Shown piece after piece: positions 32,848-42,909 of a stretch of 64,000 nt of DNA. The stretch comes from an uncultured Acidobacteriota bacterium (GTDB lineage Bacteria > Acidobacteriota > Vicinamibacteria > Fen-336). The stretch spans positions 418,042 through 482,041 of the forward strand of contig CAWGKR010000005.1 of NCBI GenBank assembly GCA_963823195.1, read 5' to 3'. The position numbers were made by a program, and so were the translations under genes. Below the pieces are notes generated by a model. The model ran no database searches. It was not told where the DNA came from and saw only the letters and a list, made by a program, of their open reading frames with translations. How positions within the stretch are numbered: position 1 is the stretch's first letter; the number at the start of each line of letters is the position of its first letter.

Positions 32848-32927
32848 GCGCGAGCCTCCCGGTGATCCGGTATTCTACTTCAGGGGGGGGACCCCCCGAC
32901 CAGCCAACTGCCAGGGGGCGCTGACCC

Positions 32928-33551
32928 ATGAAGCAGGCCATCATCCTCACCGGCCTCCTCGTTTGCGCCCTGTCGGCGCGCCGTCGACAGCGGAGGGGCG
33001 ACGGTTCGTCCTGGACCCGGCGCGCAGCGCGCTGACGGTCCGGACGGGGCGGGGCGGGCTCTTCAGCTTCGCGGGGCACGAGCACGTGATCGTCGCCTCG
33101 CAGCGTCCGCGGAGAGATACGGGCCGACGCGGCTTCCCTCGCGTCGTCTTCGGTGTCGCTGACGATCGACGCGGCTTCGCTCAAGGTACAGGCCGAGGGA
33201 GAGCCCGCCGAGGACGTGCCGAAGGTCCAGTCCAGGATGGTCGGGCCCGAGCTTCTGGACGTGGTCCGCTTCCCGGACATCGCCTTCCGCTCCGGGGGGG
33301 TTTCCGGGAAGGAAGGGGCCGCAGGCTCGTTCGACCTGGTCGTCTCGGGCGATCTCTCCCTCCACGGGGTCACGCGGCCGAGCTCGTTCCGGGTCCACGT
33401 GGAGGTCTCCGGAGCGACGCTGACGGCCACCGGGCGGTCGACCCTGCGGCAAAGCGCCTTCGCCCTGGAGCCGGTTTCCGTGGCGGGCGTGGTGAAGGTC
33501 AAGGACGACGTGGTCGTGGATTACAAATTCGTCGGAATCGCGACACCCTAG
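32928..33551 (+). CDS. YceI family periplasmic polyisoprenoid-binding protein; frame breaks in the N-terminal third
   Basis: Signal peptide MKQAIILTGLLVCA at ATG 32928. YceI blocks FVLDPARSALTVRTGRGGLFSFAGHEH and FPDIAFRS...LSLHGVTRP are spread over three frames. Confidence 0.65.
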
Positions 33552-33616
33552 ACCCCTTTTGTCGCAAACTCAAAGAAATCCGAAAAAAGTCGGCTCGCGT
33601 GGCCGAGGCCCGATCC

Positions 33617-33622
33617 TATAAT
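33617..33622 (+). promoter_or_regulatory. Consensus -10 hexamer TATAAT upstream of glnN
   Basis: TATAAT lies 30 nt upstream of ATG 33652 in an AT-enriched leader containing a GAGGAGG Shine-Dalgarno. No convincing -35 is present. Confidence 0.3.
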
Positions 33623-33651
33623 CCTCCCGATTTTTTGAGGAGGTAGATTCC

Positions 33652-35812
33652 ATGTCCGACGGTCGGCTCTGGGCCATCAAGGAAGTGACGTCGCGGTCGA
33701 TCCGCTCGCTCCCCGAGTTGTCCGGCGGGGTCAAGGTTGCCGAGATCTTCGGTTCGAACACCTTCGACGCCGCCGCCATGAAGCGCAAGCTCCCGAAGAG
33801 CGTCTTCAAGTCCCTGCAGGAGACGATCCGGCGAGGCAGCAAGCTGGACGCCTCGATCGCCAACGAGGTCGCTCACGCCGTGAAGGAGTGGTCCCTCGAG
33901 AAGGGCGCCACCCACTTCTGCCACTGGTTCCAGCCCCAGACGGGGCTGACCGCGGAGAAGCACGACGCCTTCCTGACCTTCGACGACGAGGGGCTCCCCA
34001 TGGAGCGCTTCAGCGGCGCCCAGCTCATCCAGAGCGAGCCCGACGCGTCGAGCTTCCCGTCGGGGGGGATGCGGACCACCTTCGAGGCCCGCGGCTACAC
34101 GGCCTGGGACCCGTCGAGCCCGATCTTCATCATCGATGGTCCCAACGGGAAGACCCTCTGCGTGCCGTCGGTCTTCATCAGCTATCACGGGGACGCCCTC
34201 GACAACAAGACGCCGCTCCTCCGCTCCATGGAGGCGCTCTCGCGAGAAGGCGCTCGCCGTCCTGCGCCTCTTCGGCGACAAGGTGTCGGTGCGCGTCGTC
34301 CCGACCCTCGGCCCCGAGCAGGAGTACTTCCTCATCGACCGGGCCTTCCACGCGCTGCGGCCCGACCTCGTCTCGGCGGGGCGGACCCTGATCGGCGCCA
34401 AGCCTCCGAAGGGACAGGAGCTGGAAGACCACTACTTCGGCAGCATCAAGGACCGGATCCTGGCCTTCATGCAGGAGAGCGAGACGGAGCTCTTCAAGCT
34501 CGGGATCCCCATCAAGACGCGGCACAACGAGGTGGCCCCGAGCCAGTACGAGACGGCGCCGATCTTCGAGGAGGCCAACGTGGCCTCGGACCACAACCAG
34601 ATCGTGATGGAGACGATGCAGCGCGTGGCGCGCCGCCACAACCTGATCTGCCTCCTCCACGAGAAGCCCTTCGCCGGGGTCAACGGGAGCGGCAAGCACT
34701 GCAACTGGTCCCTCCAGACGTCCGAGGGACGGAACCTCCTCGAGCCGGGTGCGACGCCGGAGCAGAACATCGAGTTCCTCGTGTTCCTGGTCGCCGTCCT
34801 CAAGGGCGTCCACAAGCGGGCCGGCGTGATCCGAGCGGGAATCGCGTGCTCGGGGAACGACCACCGCCTCGGCGCCAACGAGGCGCCGCCGGCCATCATC
34901 TCGGTCTTCCTCGGGCGACCAGCTCACCCGCGTCCTCGACGGGATCGAGAAGGGAGAGGGAGCCGGGCAAGAACGGCCTCGAGAAGATCAGCCTCGGCCT
35001 CGCGAACCTCCCCGAGGTGGCGCGGGATCAGACGGACCGCAACCGGACCTCGCCCTTCGCGTTCACCGGCAACAAGTTCGAGTTCCGGGCGGTGCCCTCG
35101 TCGGCCGCGATCTCGATCCCGGTGGCGTTCGTGAACGCCGCCGTGGCCGAGGCCCTCGACGAGGTCGCCACCGCCCTCTCGGCCCGTATCGCCAAGGGGA
35201 AGAGCGTGGCCGACGCCGCCCTCGAGGTCGTGAAGGAGACGATCGTCGAGACGAAGGCCGTCCGCTTCGAGGGGAACAACTACGCCGCCGAGTGGGTCGA
35301 TGGAGGCCAAGAAGCGCGGCTTGCCGAACCTCAAGAACAGCCCCGAGGCCCTCGCGGAGCTGGTCACGAAGGACAACCGCGCGTTCCTCGCCAAGACGAA
35401 GGTCTTCTCGGAGGGCGAGAACGAGGCGCGCTACCACGTGAAGCTCGAGCGATACATCAAGGACATCGAGATCGAGGTCGAGGCGCTCCGCGGGATCGTT
35501 TCGGCCTACGTCCTGCCGGCGGCCTACAAGCAGGCGGCTCTCCTCGCCGGGGCGGGCTCCGGCAAGGCCGTGAAGGGCGCCCTCGAGAAGATCAACGGCG
35601 CCATCGACGACCTGACGGCCCGCGTGAACGATCTCCACTCCGCGACCGAGAAGGCGTCGGCCGAGGGGCTCGAGAAGAAGGCCAAGCTCTTCGCCGAGAC
35701 GGTGTTCCCCGGGATGGCCGCGGTTCGCGAGGTCGCCGACGCCATCGAAGACGCGGTATCCGACGAGTTCTGGCCCCTGCCGAAGTACCGGGAGATGCTG
35801 CTCCTGATCTGA
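33652..35812 (+). CDS. glnN: Glutamine synthetase type III; about 3-4 frame breaks
   Basis: Blocks [76 protein letters not shown] and [15 protein letters not shown], plus the C-terminal helical domain. The pieces lie in ORFs 33652.., 34136.. and 35300... Confidence 0.9.
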
Positions 35813-35819
35813 GTTGAGC

Positions 35820-35844
35820 GAGGGGGGTGCGCTGCGCCCCCCTC
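35820..35844 (+). terminator. GC-rich hairpin after glnN
   Basis: GAGGGGGG-(9 nt)-CCCCCCTC begins 8 nt after the glnN stop. No clear U-tract follows. Confidence 0.4.
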
Positions 35845-35884
35845 CTTCACTCCGCCCTTATCATTGTCGATGCTCACCCTTGCT

Positions 35885-35899
35885 GAACTAGTCTAGTTC
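35885..35899. repeat. 15-bp perfect palindrome GAACTAG-T-CTAGTTC
   Basis: Read directly from the sequence. It lies at the high-GC to low-GC transition downstream of glnN. Confidence 0.9.
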
Positions 35900-36646
35900 C
35901 CTGCCCTTGGCCGTCCCTCTGCAGGCGGCCCCCTCAGTCTCGTTCCCCATCTCAGACGCCTTCGCTGGCAAAGTCGTCGGGATCTCGGACGGCGACACCA
36001 TCACGTTCCTTCGAGACCACCAGCGGGTAGGCGAAGTCCACCTTCTGCGTCTCGAACAGCACCCTGTGGCTCAAGAAACTGGAGGCAACGAGCTCCGCGA
36101 CGCCGTCGATCTGTCGTTGCTCGGAGATGCCTTGGACCGATTGGACCGTTGGGCGAAGGAAGGGCGATAGCCGCGAGACTATGGTGTTGGTGCCGCCCTG
36201 GCGTCCGTCGGACACCCTGAGTTGACGGTCTGCGCGAACGTCAATTGAGAGGGGGGGGGCAGGCCCGTCTGATCGAGCTTCCCGGCCTTGCGCGGCTTCC
36301 GTGGAAGGGGGGACAAATGGTCCATTGACTCTGCGAGAGGAAGTCCCCACGGTGATCAACAGGGCCAGCGGGTTCGCTCCCTCATGCGGCGGACGAGTCC
36401 GTGTGGCAGTCAAGGTGCGCGGAGTGATGACGACGGGCCGGGACGGAGGGCGAGGGAGAGGCAAAGCATTGCCGCTGGCGGGGCCCCCGACCGTGGGTGC
36501 GGTGCCCGTGTCTTCGCCGCTGTTCTTTCTTGGCGTGGGTGGGGCTGCGGCCGCCTTCCTCCAACGCCCCAGGCCTTGCTCCCGCTCCCTGCCCAAAGAA
36601 ACGGAGAACTCCAGTGCTCTGTAAAACCCTCGTATTCAATCGCCTG

Positions 36647-37847
36647 ATGTGGCTCACAGTGGCATGCATCACCACCTGCGGTGGCAGCATCGACGCTGCC
36701 CTCATTCCGCAAAACGCCCAAGAGGACAAGACGGGGTCGGCGCTCACACACTCCAACGACTTGTCACGATTCATCGAGCGGAGCTTGTTGGCACAAGGTG
36801 TTGCGGGAGCATCAATTGCAATCGTCAGGAACGATCACGTGGTTTACCTGAAGAGCTTTGGCCTCGCTGACGTGGAGAACAAGCGAAGAGCCACGCCACG
36901 AACGCCGTTCGCGGTTGCTTCTGTGGCTAAGACGTTCATAGCGACGGCCCTGATGCAGCTATATGAGCGAAGACAGTTCGGCCTGGACGACGACGTGAAT
37001 CAGTACTTGTCCTTCTCGGTGCGCAACCCGAATTTCCCTGACATCCCGATAACCTTCAGAATGCTCCTATCCCACTCTTCCGGGATTGCCGACAACTGGG
37101 ATCTCATGTTCGGTCGGCTCTTGTGGAATACCGACCCAGATCCCCAGCTTGAAGCCATATTGCGGGCGTACTTCGACCCTTCCGGAGAGGACTACGACCC
37201 CACTTTGAACTTCTTGAATTTCCCGCCGGGTGCGGACAGCTCGTACTGCAACGTCTGTTACACCTTGAACGCGTATCTGGTTGAGGTGCTATCGGGGGAG
37301 ACCTTCACCAAGTACTGTGAGAGACACGTGTTCGCCCCGCTAGACATACGGGCCGGGTGGTTCATGAGCGACTTTGCAGCATCCAAGCCCGCCGTGGCCA
37401 TGCCGTACTATTACGACTCGGTAGGTGGCCAATACTATCCCTACGGGTTTTACGACATCGCCCTTGGCTACCCGGCCGGGACCTTCTTCGGCGACAGACG
37501 CCGTCTCCTTGACTTCGTGGCTACTTGCCAACATCAACCGCGGAGAACTTTACCATCGCAGAATCCTCAAACCAAAGACCATGGATTTGATGCATTCCCT
37601 CATTTCGCCCCTACCTGGCGGAGGGGGATACGGCCTTGGGTTTGAAGTCGAGGATCGTGGCGACGGCATCTACGTGGGGAAGTGGGGGGACTTTGTCGGG
37701 GAATCAGCGCACGTTTTCTATCGCAAGGCTGACAAAGTGGGTGTCGTGTTGATCGAGAATGGCTCTCCGTGGGATCAAAGGGACGCGGGGGTTGCAGCCA
37801 GGGCCGACCTGCTCAAGCGTCTGTTTGACGAGGGGACCACACGTTGA
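36647..37847 (+). CDS. Beta-lactamase-fold serine hydrolase (class C/PBP4*-like); one frame break (~37483)
   Basis: SxxK motif FAVASVAKTF, with LLSHSSGI. The C-terminal part (ATDAVSLTSWLLANINRGE...GYGLGFEV) lies in ORF 37425..37847. An alternative GTG start at 36614 would give a lipoprotein-like signal. The gene is ~55% GC. Confidence 0.7.
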
Positions 37848-38035
37848 TGACGAGCCGGTTCCTACGCCAGAAACCGGTTCGATGCTGTCGCCGTGAACCT
37901 GCTACCGAACTACCCGGGCTGAACCCGGCCACGAAGACGTGCTGTTCTGAGGTGCGACCTCGCGGTTGACGCTCAGTGGGAGCAGTGGCGTCCGCGACCT
38001 TCGCCGCGAGCCGCCTTCACCCAGCAAGACTAAGT

Positions 38036-39235
38036 CTACGCCCGCAAGAGCTGCCAGACGAAGCCCGGATCGAGGGCGCTCTTCGCCGGCACGAAGTCGC
38101 CGGCGATGCCCACGAGCTGATCGGCGAGATCCGGGCGTCTCGCCAGGCGCTTCGCCACCGCGTCCCCCAGGGCCGGCCAACCCACAATCGTCTGCATCAG
38201 CCGGTTGACGCGGAACTTGTCCCGGGTGGCCCGGTGGCGGGCGCGGTCATAGTCCCGCAGGTCCGGCACGCCGCGGGCGGCGAGGGCCTGATGCCCCACG
38301 GCTGCGGCCATCTCGGCTCCGCGGAGGGCCAGCGTGACGCCTTCGCCGGTGAACGGGTCGTAGAACCCGGCGGCGTCCCCCACGAGGAGGGCACCGGGTG
38401 CCGAGACACGGCGGGCCTCGAGGGCCAGTGGGCCGATGGCCCGGGGCCCATCGACGAGGCGAGAGCCCTCGAGGCGCTCCGCAATTCGCGGCCAGCGCTC
38501 TCGCAGCTCGCGGCGGTAGAAGCCTTCGAGGTCTCCCGCCGCGGCCCGCAGCGACCGGGCCTCGAGGACGAACGCGACGTTGGCCAGGTCCGGCGACAGG
38601 GGAGCGATGCCGCAGTAGCCCCCCTGGCCCACGTGCATCTCGCCGCGCTCCTCGAGTCCCTGGATCCCTTCCCAGTATCCGCGGACGGCGAAGCGTCGCA
38701 TCGTGCGGTGCTCACGCAGCAGGCCGAGACCGCGGGCCACGACGCTTCGGCGCCCCTCGGCTCCGACGACGAGGCGCGCGCCGACCGTCTCGGGGCCACG
38801 ATGGCTCTCGCAGGCCAGGCCGATCGCCTCGCCGCCGCCGCCACGAACGAGCCCCGTCACCCGCGCTCCCTCCCGGACCTCGACGCCCGCGTCCCGAGCG
38901 GCCGACAGCAGCACGGCGTCGAGACGCTCCCGCCGAACGGCGAACCCGGGGCGGGAGATCCGACGATAGTCGCCCCGAAACTCCGTGCCGTCGGTGGACG
39001 TGAGGGCCATCCCTCGGACCGGGAAGGGGCGCAGCCCCCGCACGGCGGCCGCGGCTCCCAGGTCCTCGAGGAGCCTCCACGCTTCTGGGGAGACGCTCTC
39101 GCCGCAGATCTTGTCCCTGGGGAAGCGCGCGGCGTCGAGAAGGAGCACGTCGTGGCCGCGCTGGCGCAGGAAGATCGCCGTGGCCGCCCCGGCTGGACCG
39201 CCTCCCGCCACGACGACCTCGCGCGCTTCGGTCAT
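38036..39235 (-). CDS. FAD-dependent oxidoreductase (geranylgeranyl-reductase/aromatic hydroxylase-like)
   Basis: Intact 399-aa ORF with VVVAGGGPAGAATA (dinucleotide fold) and LVGDAAGFYDPFTGEG. The start overlaps the methyltransferase stop. Confidence 0.8.
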   Translation of the reverse strand: MTEAREVVVAGGGPAGAATAIFLRQRGHDVLLLDAARFPRDKICGESVSPEAWRLLEDLGAAAAVRGLRPFPVRGMALTSTDGTEFRGDYRRISRPGFAVRRERLDAVLLSAARDAGVEVREGARVTGLVRGGGGEAIGLACESHRGPETVGARLVVGAEGRRSVVARGLGLLREHRTMRRFAVRGYWEGIQGLEERGEMHVGQGGYCGIAPLSPDLANVAFVLEARSLRAAAGDLEGFYRRELRERWPRIAERLEGSRLVDGPRAIGPLALEARRVSAPGALLVGDAAGFYDPFTGEGVTLALRGAEMAAAVGHQALAARGVPDLRDYDRARHRATRDKFRVNRLMQTIVGWPALGDAVAKRLARRPDLADQLVGIAGDFVPAKSALDPGFVWQLLRA

Positions 39236-39906
39236 GCCGCCCTCTCGGCCACGGCCACGAGGCGATACGGGAACGAGCGACGGATCCTCACGCCCGGGAT
39301 CCCCGCGTCCGCGAAGGCGGCCCGCAGCTCCTCGGGGCGGAAGGCGCGGCGTATGGAGAGAAGGCCGTCGGCCACGCTGACGGGCGAACGGAAGAGGAGC
39401 GGGAAAGCCACGCGGCCGAAGAGATACGGGACCCGGGCCCGGTGGAGGTCGTTGACGACCAGGGCGCGGCGCGCCAGGGCGAAGAGCGACGCCAGGAGCG
39501 GAGCCACGGCGGGCGCGTCGAAGTGATGAAGGAACAGCGATGCCGTCACCACGTCGAACGAGCGCGGGCGGAACGGCAGGCGAAGAACGTCTCCCAGGAC
39601 GCGCTCGACGCCGGCGGGGGTCTGCCGAAGGTGGACGAGCTTGATGTCCAGCCCCACGACGACGAGACGTCCGCCCAGCTCGCCGCGCAAGCCGTGAGGC
39701 ACGTCAGCCGAGCCGCACCCGACGTCGAGGAGGCAGGGGCGCGGGCACCCCGCCAGGAAGGGGCCCACGGCCTGCCGCATCGAGCGCCGGCCGCCGAGCC
39801 ATCGGTTGACGAAGCGGAGGTCCGCCAGGCTGCGGACCGCCTCCGCCTCGTCCACCCCTTCGTCGAGGAGCTCCGGATCGGTGGCTCTCTTCGAGAAATC
39901 CGGCAT
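39232..39906 (-). CDS. Class I SAM-dependent methyltransferase
   Basis: Intact 224-aa ORF with SAM motif I LLDVGCGSADV. It abuts the PKS stop (39907) with no gap. Confidence 0.8.
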   Translation of the reverse strand: MPDFSKRATDPELLDEGVDEAEAVRSLADLRFVNRWLGGRRSMRQAVGPFLAGCPRPCLLDVGCGSADVPHGLRGELGGRLVVVGLDIKLVHLRQTPAGVERVLGDVLRLPFRPRSFDVVTASLFLHHFDAPAVAPLLASLFALARRALVVNDLHRARVPYLFGRVAFPLLFRSPVSVADGLLSIRRAFRPEELRAAFADAGIPGVRIRRSFPYRLVAVAERAA

Positions 39907-40975
39907 TCAGCAGAACTCGAGGAGCGCGAACTCGGCGCCGAACCCGGGCCCGAAGGCGCCCAGGAGACCCTTCTCGCCGGCGCGCACGTCGGCGCAGCGG
40001 AGCATCTCGTCCAGGACGAAGAGGACCGTCACCGAGCTCATGTTCCCGTGGGCCGCCAGGACTGCCTCGGTGGGGGCCAGGTCGCACGGCCTGAGGCCGA
40101 GGCGCTCGGTCATCACCTCGATGATCTTGCGCCCGCCGGGATGCAGGATCCATCGGCTGATGTCCGCCCGCGACAGGCTCCGGGGGCCCAGGAAGGCGTC
40201 GACGCCGGCTTTCACCTCGCGCTCGACGAAGGGAGCCAGCTCACGGTCCAGGATGATCTGGAGCCCCTGGTTGCGCAGCCGGAAGCCCATGAGGTGCGTG
40301 GTGCCGGGGAAGAAGAAGCTGTCGGCGTCGAGGAGACGCACGAGGCCGGCGGAGGCGAGCGGGTGGTCCGCCCCCACGAGTACGGCCGCCGCGCCTCCGT
40401 CGCCGAAGATGGCCGACGACACGATGTTGGTGGCGGAGCGGTCCCAGCGCTGGAACGTCAGGCTGGACAGCTCGACGGCCAGCACGAGGGCGGCGCGATC
40501 GGGGTGCGCCGCGAGGTGGTCCGCGGCTCGGGCGAGCCCCACGACGCCCCCCGCGCACCCGCTCTCGGTGATGGGGAGGCGGACGAGGCGCGGGCCGAGG
40601 CCGAGAGCGTCGGCCACGTAGGCATCGAGAGCCGGGATCATGAAGCCGGTGCACGAGACGCTGACGACCAGATCGACGTCGGCCGGCACGAGACCGGCGC
40701 TCGCCAGGGCTCGCCGCCCCAGGTCCACCGCGATATCCCGCGCGAACTCGCCGTACCGGTCGTTCTGCCCCTCGAAGTCGCGGGGGAAGAAGACCTCCTC
40801 GATGGGCACCACGCTGGCCCGGGAGGCGACGCCCGCGGCGGCGTACACGGGAAGGAGACGCAGGGCGTTCGGGTCGTCGCTCTCGGCGAGCCACTCCTCG
40901 ACCCAACGCGTGACGATCTCCTGGTCGTACCGGATACGGAGGAACGAACCGCTCGACCGAGAGCACGGTGGCCAT
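39907..40975 (-). CDS. Type III polyketide synthase (chalcone/stilbene synthase family); one frame break (~40932)
   Basis: Catalytic contexts ESGCAGGV (Cys), WILHPGGRKI (His) and HGNMSSVTV (Asn). The N-terminus MATVLSVERFVPPY|RYDQEIVTRWVEEW joins across two frames. Confidence 0.85.
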
Positions 40976-41008
40976 CGGCGAACGGAGGATCAAGCGCTCG
41001 GGTGGTCC

Positions 41009-41452
41009 CTAGAACGGAACGTCGTCGTCGGAGACCTGGAAGTCGTCGGCGGGCGGACCTTCCCTGGCTTCGGCGGGGCCGCTGGCGCGCCCTCCGCCTC
41101 CTCCCTCGCCGCGCCCCCCGAGGAGGACGAGACGCGAGTTGGGGCCGCTGACGCGGATCTTCGTCATGTACTTCTTGTTGCCGTCCTTGTCGGTCCACTC
41201 GTCGTACCGGATGCTCCCCTCGATGTAGACCTGCTTCCCCTTCGAGCAGTAGTCCCGGACGACCTGCGCGGTCTTGCCGAAGACCTCCACGCGGTGCCAC
41301 TCCGTGCGCTCCTGCTTCTGGCCGCTCTTGTCGGTCCAGTTCTCGCTCGTGGCGAGGGAGAAGTTGGCGATGGGCTCACCGCCCTGGGTGTAGCGGATCT
41401 CGGGGTCCTTCCCGAGGTTGCCGATGAGGACGACCTTGTTGACGCTGGCCAT
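41009..41452 (-). CDS. ssb: Single-stranded DNA-binding protein
   Basis: OB fold NKVVLIGNLGKDPEIRYT...TEWHRV, a Gly-rich linker and the acidic tip DDDVPF. Confidence 0.95.
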   Translation of the reverse strand: MASVNKVVLIGNLGKDPEIRYTQGGEPIANFSLATSENWTDKSGQKQERTEWHRVEVFGKTAQVVRDYCSKGKQVYIEGSIRYDEWTDKDGNKKYMTKIRVSGPNSRLVLLGGRGEGGGGGRASGPAEAREGPPADDFQVSDDDVPF

Positions 41453-41461
41453 GTGGCCTCC

Positions 41462-42265
41462 CTAAGGGTTGAGCTTCTCGCGGGCCTTCCGCCCCGCCTC
41501 GGAGTTGGGGTAGTGCTCGGCCACGTAACGGTACTCGATCAGGGCCTGGCTGCGGCGCCCGAGGCGCTCCAGCGCGAGCCCCTTCTTGAACCGCCCGTCG
41601 GGGAGCTTGTCGCTCGAGGGGAAGTCCCGGACCAGGGAGTTCCACGCGTCGATGGCCTCGGCGTACTTCTGCTTCCCGTAGAGACATTCCCCGATCCAGT
41701 ACTGGGCGTTGTCCGAGAAGTCGGTGTTCGGGAAGGCCCGCAGGTACTCCTGGAAGCCCTGGATGGCCACGTCGTAGTTGCCGCGGGCGTAGTCGGCGTA
41801 GGCCTGGCTGTAGAGCTCGCGGGGGGCAGGCGGCGTGCCGGCCACGGCCGACGCCGGAGGAGCCGGAGCCGGCACCGCGCCGCCGGGGATCACCGGTCCG
41901 CCCGGGGAGGCGGGAGGCGCTCCGAAGGTCGGCGCCTGCGCCGTCGCCGCGCCTTGTCCCGCCTGGAAGCGCTCCGCCAGCTCGCCCAGGCGCTCGCTCA
42001 TCTCCTTGAGGCTGATCTGGAGCTGCTCGTCCTGGACCCGGCGGTCCTGGGTCGCCTTCTGGTACGCGGCGGTCTGGGCGGCCAGCTGCTCGTTGAGCCT
42101 CTTCAGCTCCCTCTGGTTCTCCTCGGCGAGCCTCTGGAGGTCGCTCACCTGCGTCTGGAGCGTCGAGACCTGGATCTGGAGCCGCTCGGTCTCCTTGCTG
42201 GCGGCCCGGACCGGGCCCGCGAGACCGGCGACGAGGAGGACGGCGGCGGAAAATTCACGTTTCAC
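41462..42265 (-). CDS. cpoB: Tol-Pal system protein CpoB/YbgF
   Basis: GTG 42265, a signal peptide, a coiled coil (LQIQVSTLQTQVSDLQRL), and a C-terminal TPR block YSQAYADYARGNYDVAIQGFQEYL...AQYWIGECLY. Confidence 0.8.
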   Translation of the reverse strand: MKREFSAAVLLVAGLAGPVRAASKETERLQIQVSTLQTQVSDLQRLAEENQRELKRLNEQLAAQTAAYQKATQDRRVQDEQLQISLKEMSERLGELAERFQAGQGAATAQAPTFGAPPASPGGPVIPGGAVPAPAPPASAVAGTPPAPRELYSQAYADYARGNYDVAIQGFQEYLRAFPNTDFSDNAQYWIGECLYGKQKYAEAIDAWNSLVRDFPSSDKLPDGRFKKGLALERLGRRSQALIEYRYVAEHYPNSEAGRKAREKLNP

Positions 42266-42333
42266 GGGGACCTCCGGAAGGACGAGCGCCTGGGCGGCCT
42301 CATCATATAACCAACGCGAGCGCGCGCCGCGGG

Positions 42334-42892
42334 CTACTGTGACACGGCGAAGTGCGCGCGCCGGTTCCGCGCCCACGAGGACTCGTCGTGTCCGGGAACG
42401 ACGGGGCGCTCCTTGCCGTACGAAACCGCGGTGAGGCGGCTCGCGGGAACGCCTTTGCTGACGAGGTAGTCCCGCGCCGCCTGGGCGCGCCGGTCGCCGA
42501 GAGCGAGGTTGTACTCGATGGTGCCGCGCTCGTCGCAGTGCCCCTCGACGCGGATGCGCAGGCCCGGGTGGGCTTGGATCCACTGGGCGTGCTTGTCGAG
42601 GGTGGCGCGAGCCTCGTCGCTGAGAGTGGCCTCGTCGAGGTTGAACCGGACGTCGGCCAGGGGCCCGCCCTCGCCGTTTGCGTCCGAGAGCATGTCCCGG
42701 GTGATGGCGCCCGACCCGTCGAGGGCGCTCAGGTCAGCGCCTTCGCTCCCCTCAGGCGCCGGGGGCGGAAGGGGCTTCGTGGCGCCACCGGGATGGCTCG
42801 TGGTCACCGCCGGGGGACGCTTGTGGCCGCAGCCCACCGTAGCCACGAGCGGCCAGGACAACGGCAAGAGAGAGCTTCGATCGCGTCATCAT
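42334..42892 (-). CDS. pal: Peptidoglycan-associated lipoprotein Pal (OmpA family); frame break in the signal peptide
   Basis: Lipobox LVATVGC. OmpA-like domain VRFNLDEATLSDEA...VEGHCDERGTIEYNLALGDRRA...NRRAHF. ATGATG at 42887-42892 is out of frame with the body. Confidence 0.85.
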
Positions 42893-42909
42893 GCCTCCGA
42901 GTCGCGACG

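Noticed and set aside
35907-36170. 87-aa ORF whose N-terminus (AGKVVGISDGDTITF) resembles the thermonuclease/SNase V-x-DGDT motif. The antisense 214-aa ORF 35952..36596 was also considered.
   Set aside because: The remainder lacks the SNase RL-GIDAPE block in any frame and has no signal peptide. The antisense ORF is mostly low-complexity Pro/Arg/Gly. At best this is a decayed remnant, which is not enough for a gene call.
37855-37877. Hairpin CCGGTT-(11 nt)-AACCGG and the duplicated CCGGTTC after the hydrolase gene, considered as a terminator, an att-site repeat or a tRNA fragment (GGTTCGAT)
   Set aside because: The stem is only 6 bp with no U-tract. The T-loop-like GGTTCGAT lacks flanking complementary arms. 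No matching repeat was found at the other island edge.
42250-42270. Possible parS half-site (CGTTTCACG) near the cpoB start
   Set aside because: It is only a half-site with no GTGAAACA partner, and it overlaps the GTG start region of cpoB. It is probably a coincidence.
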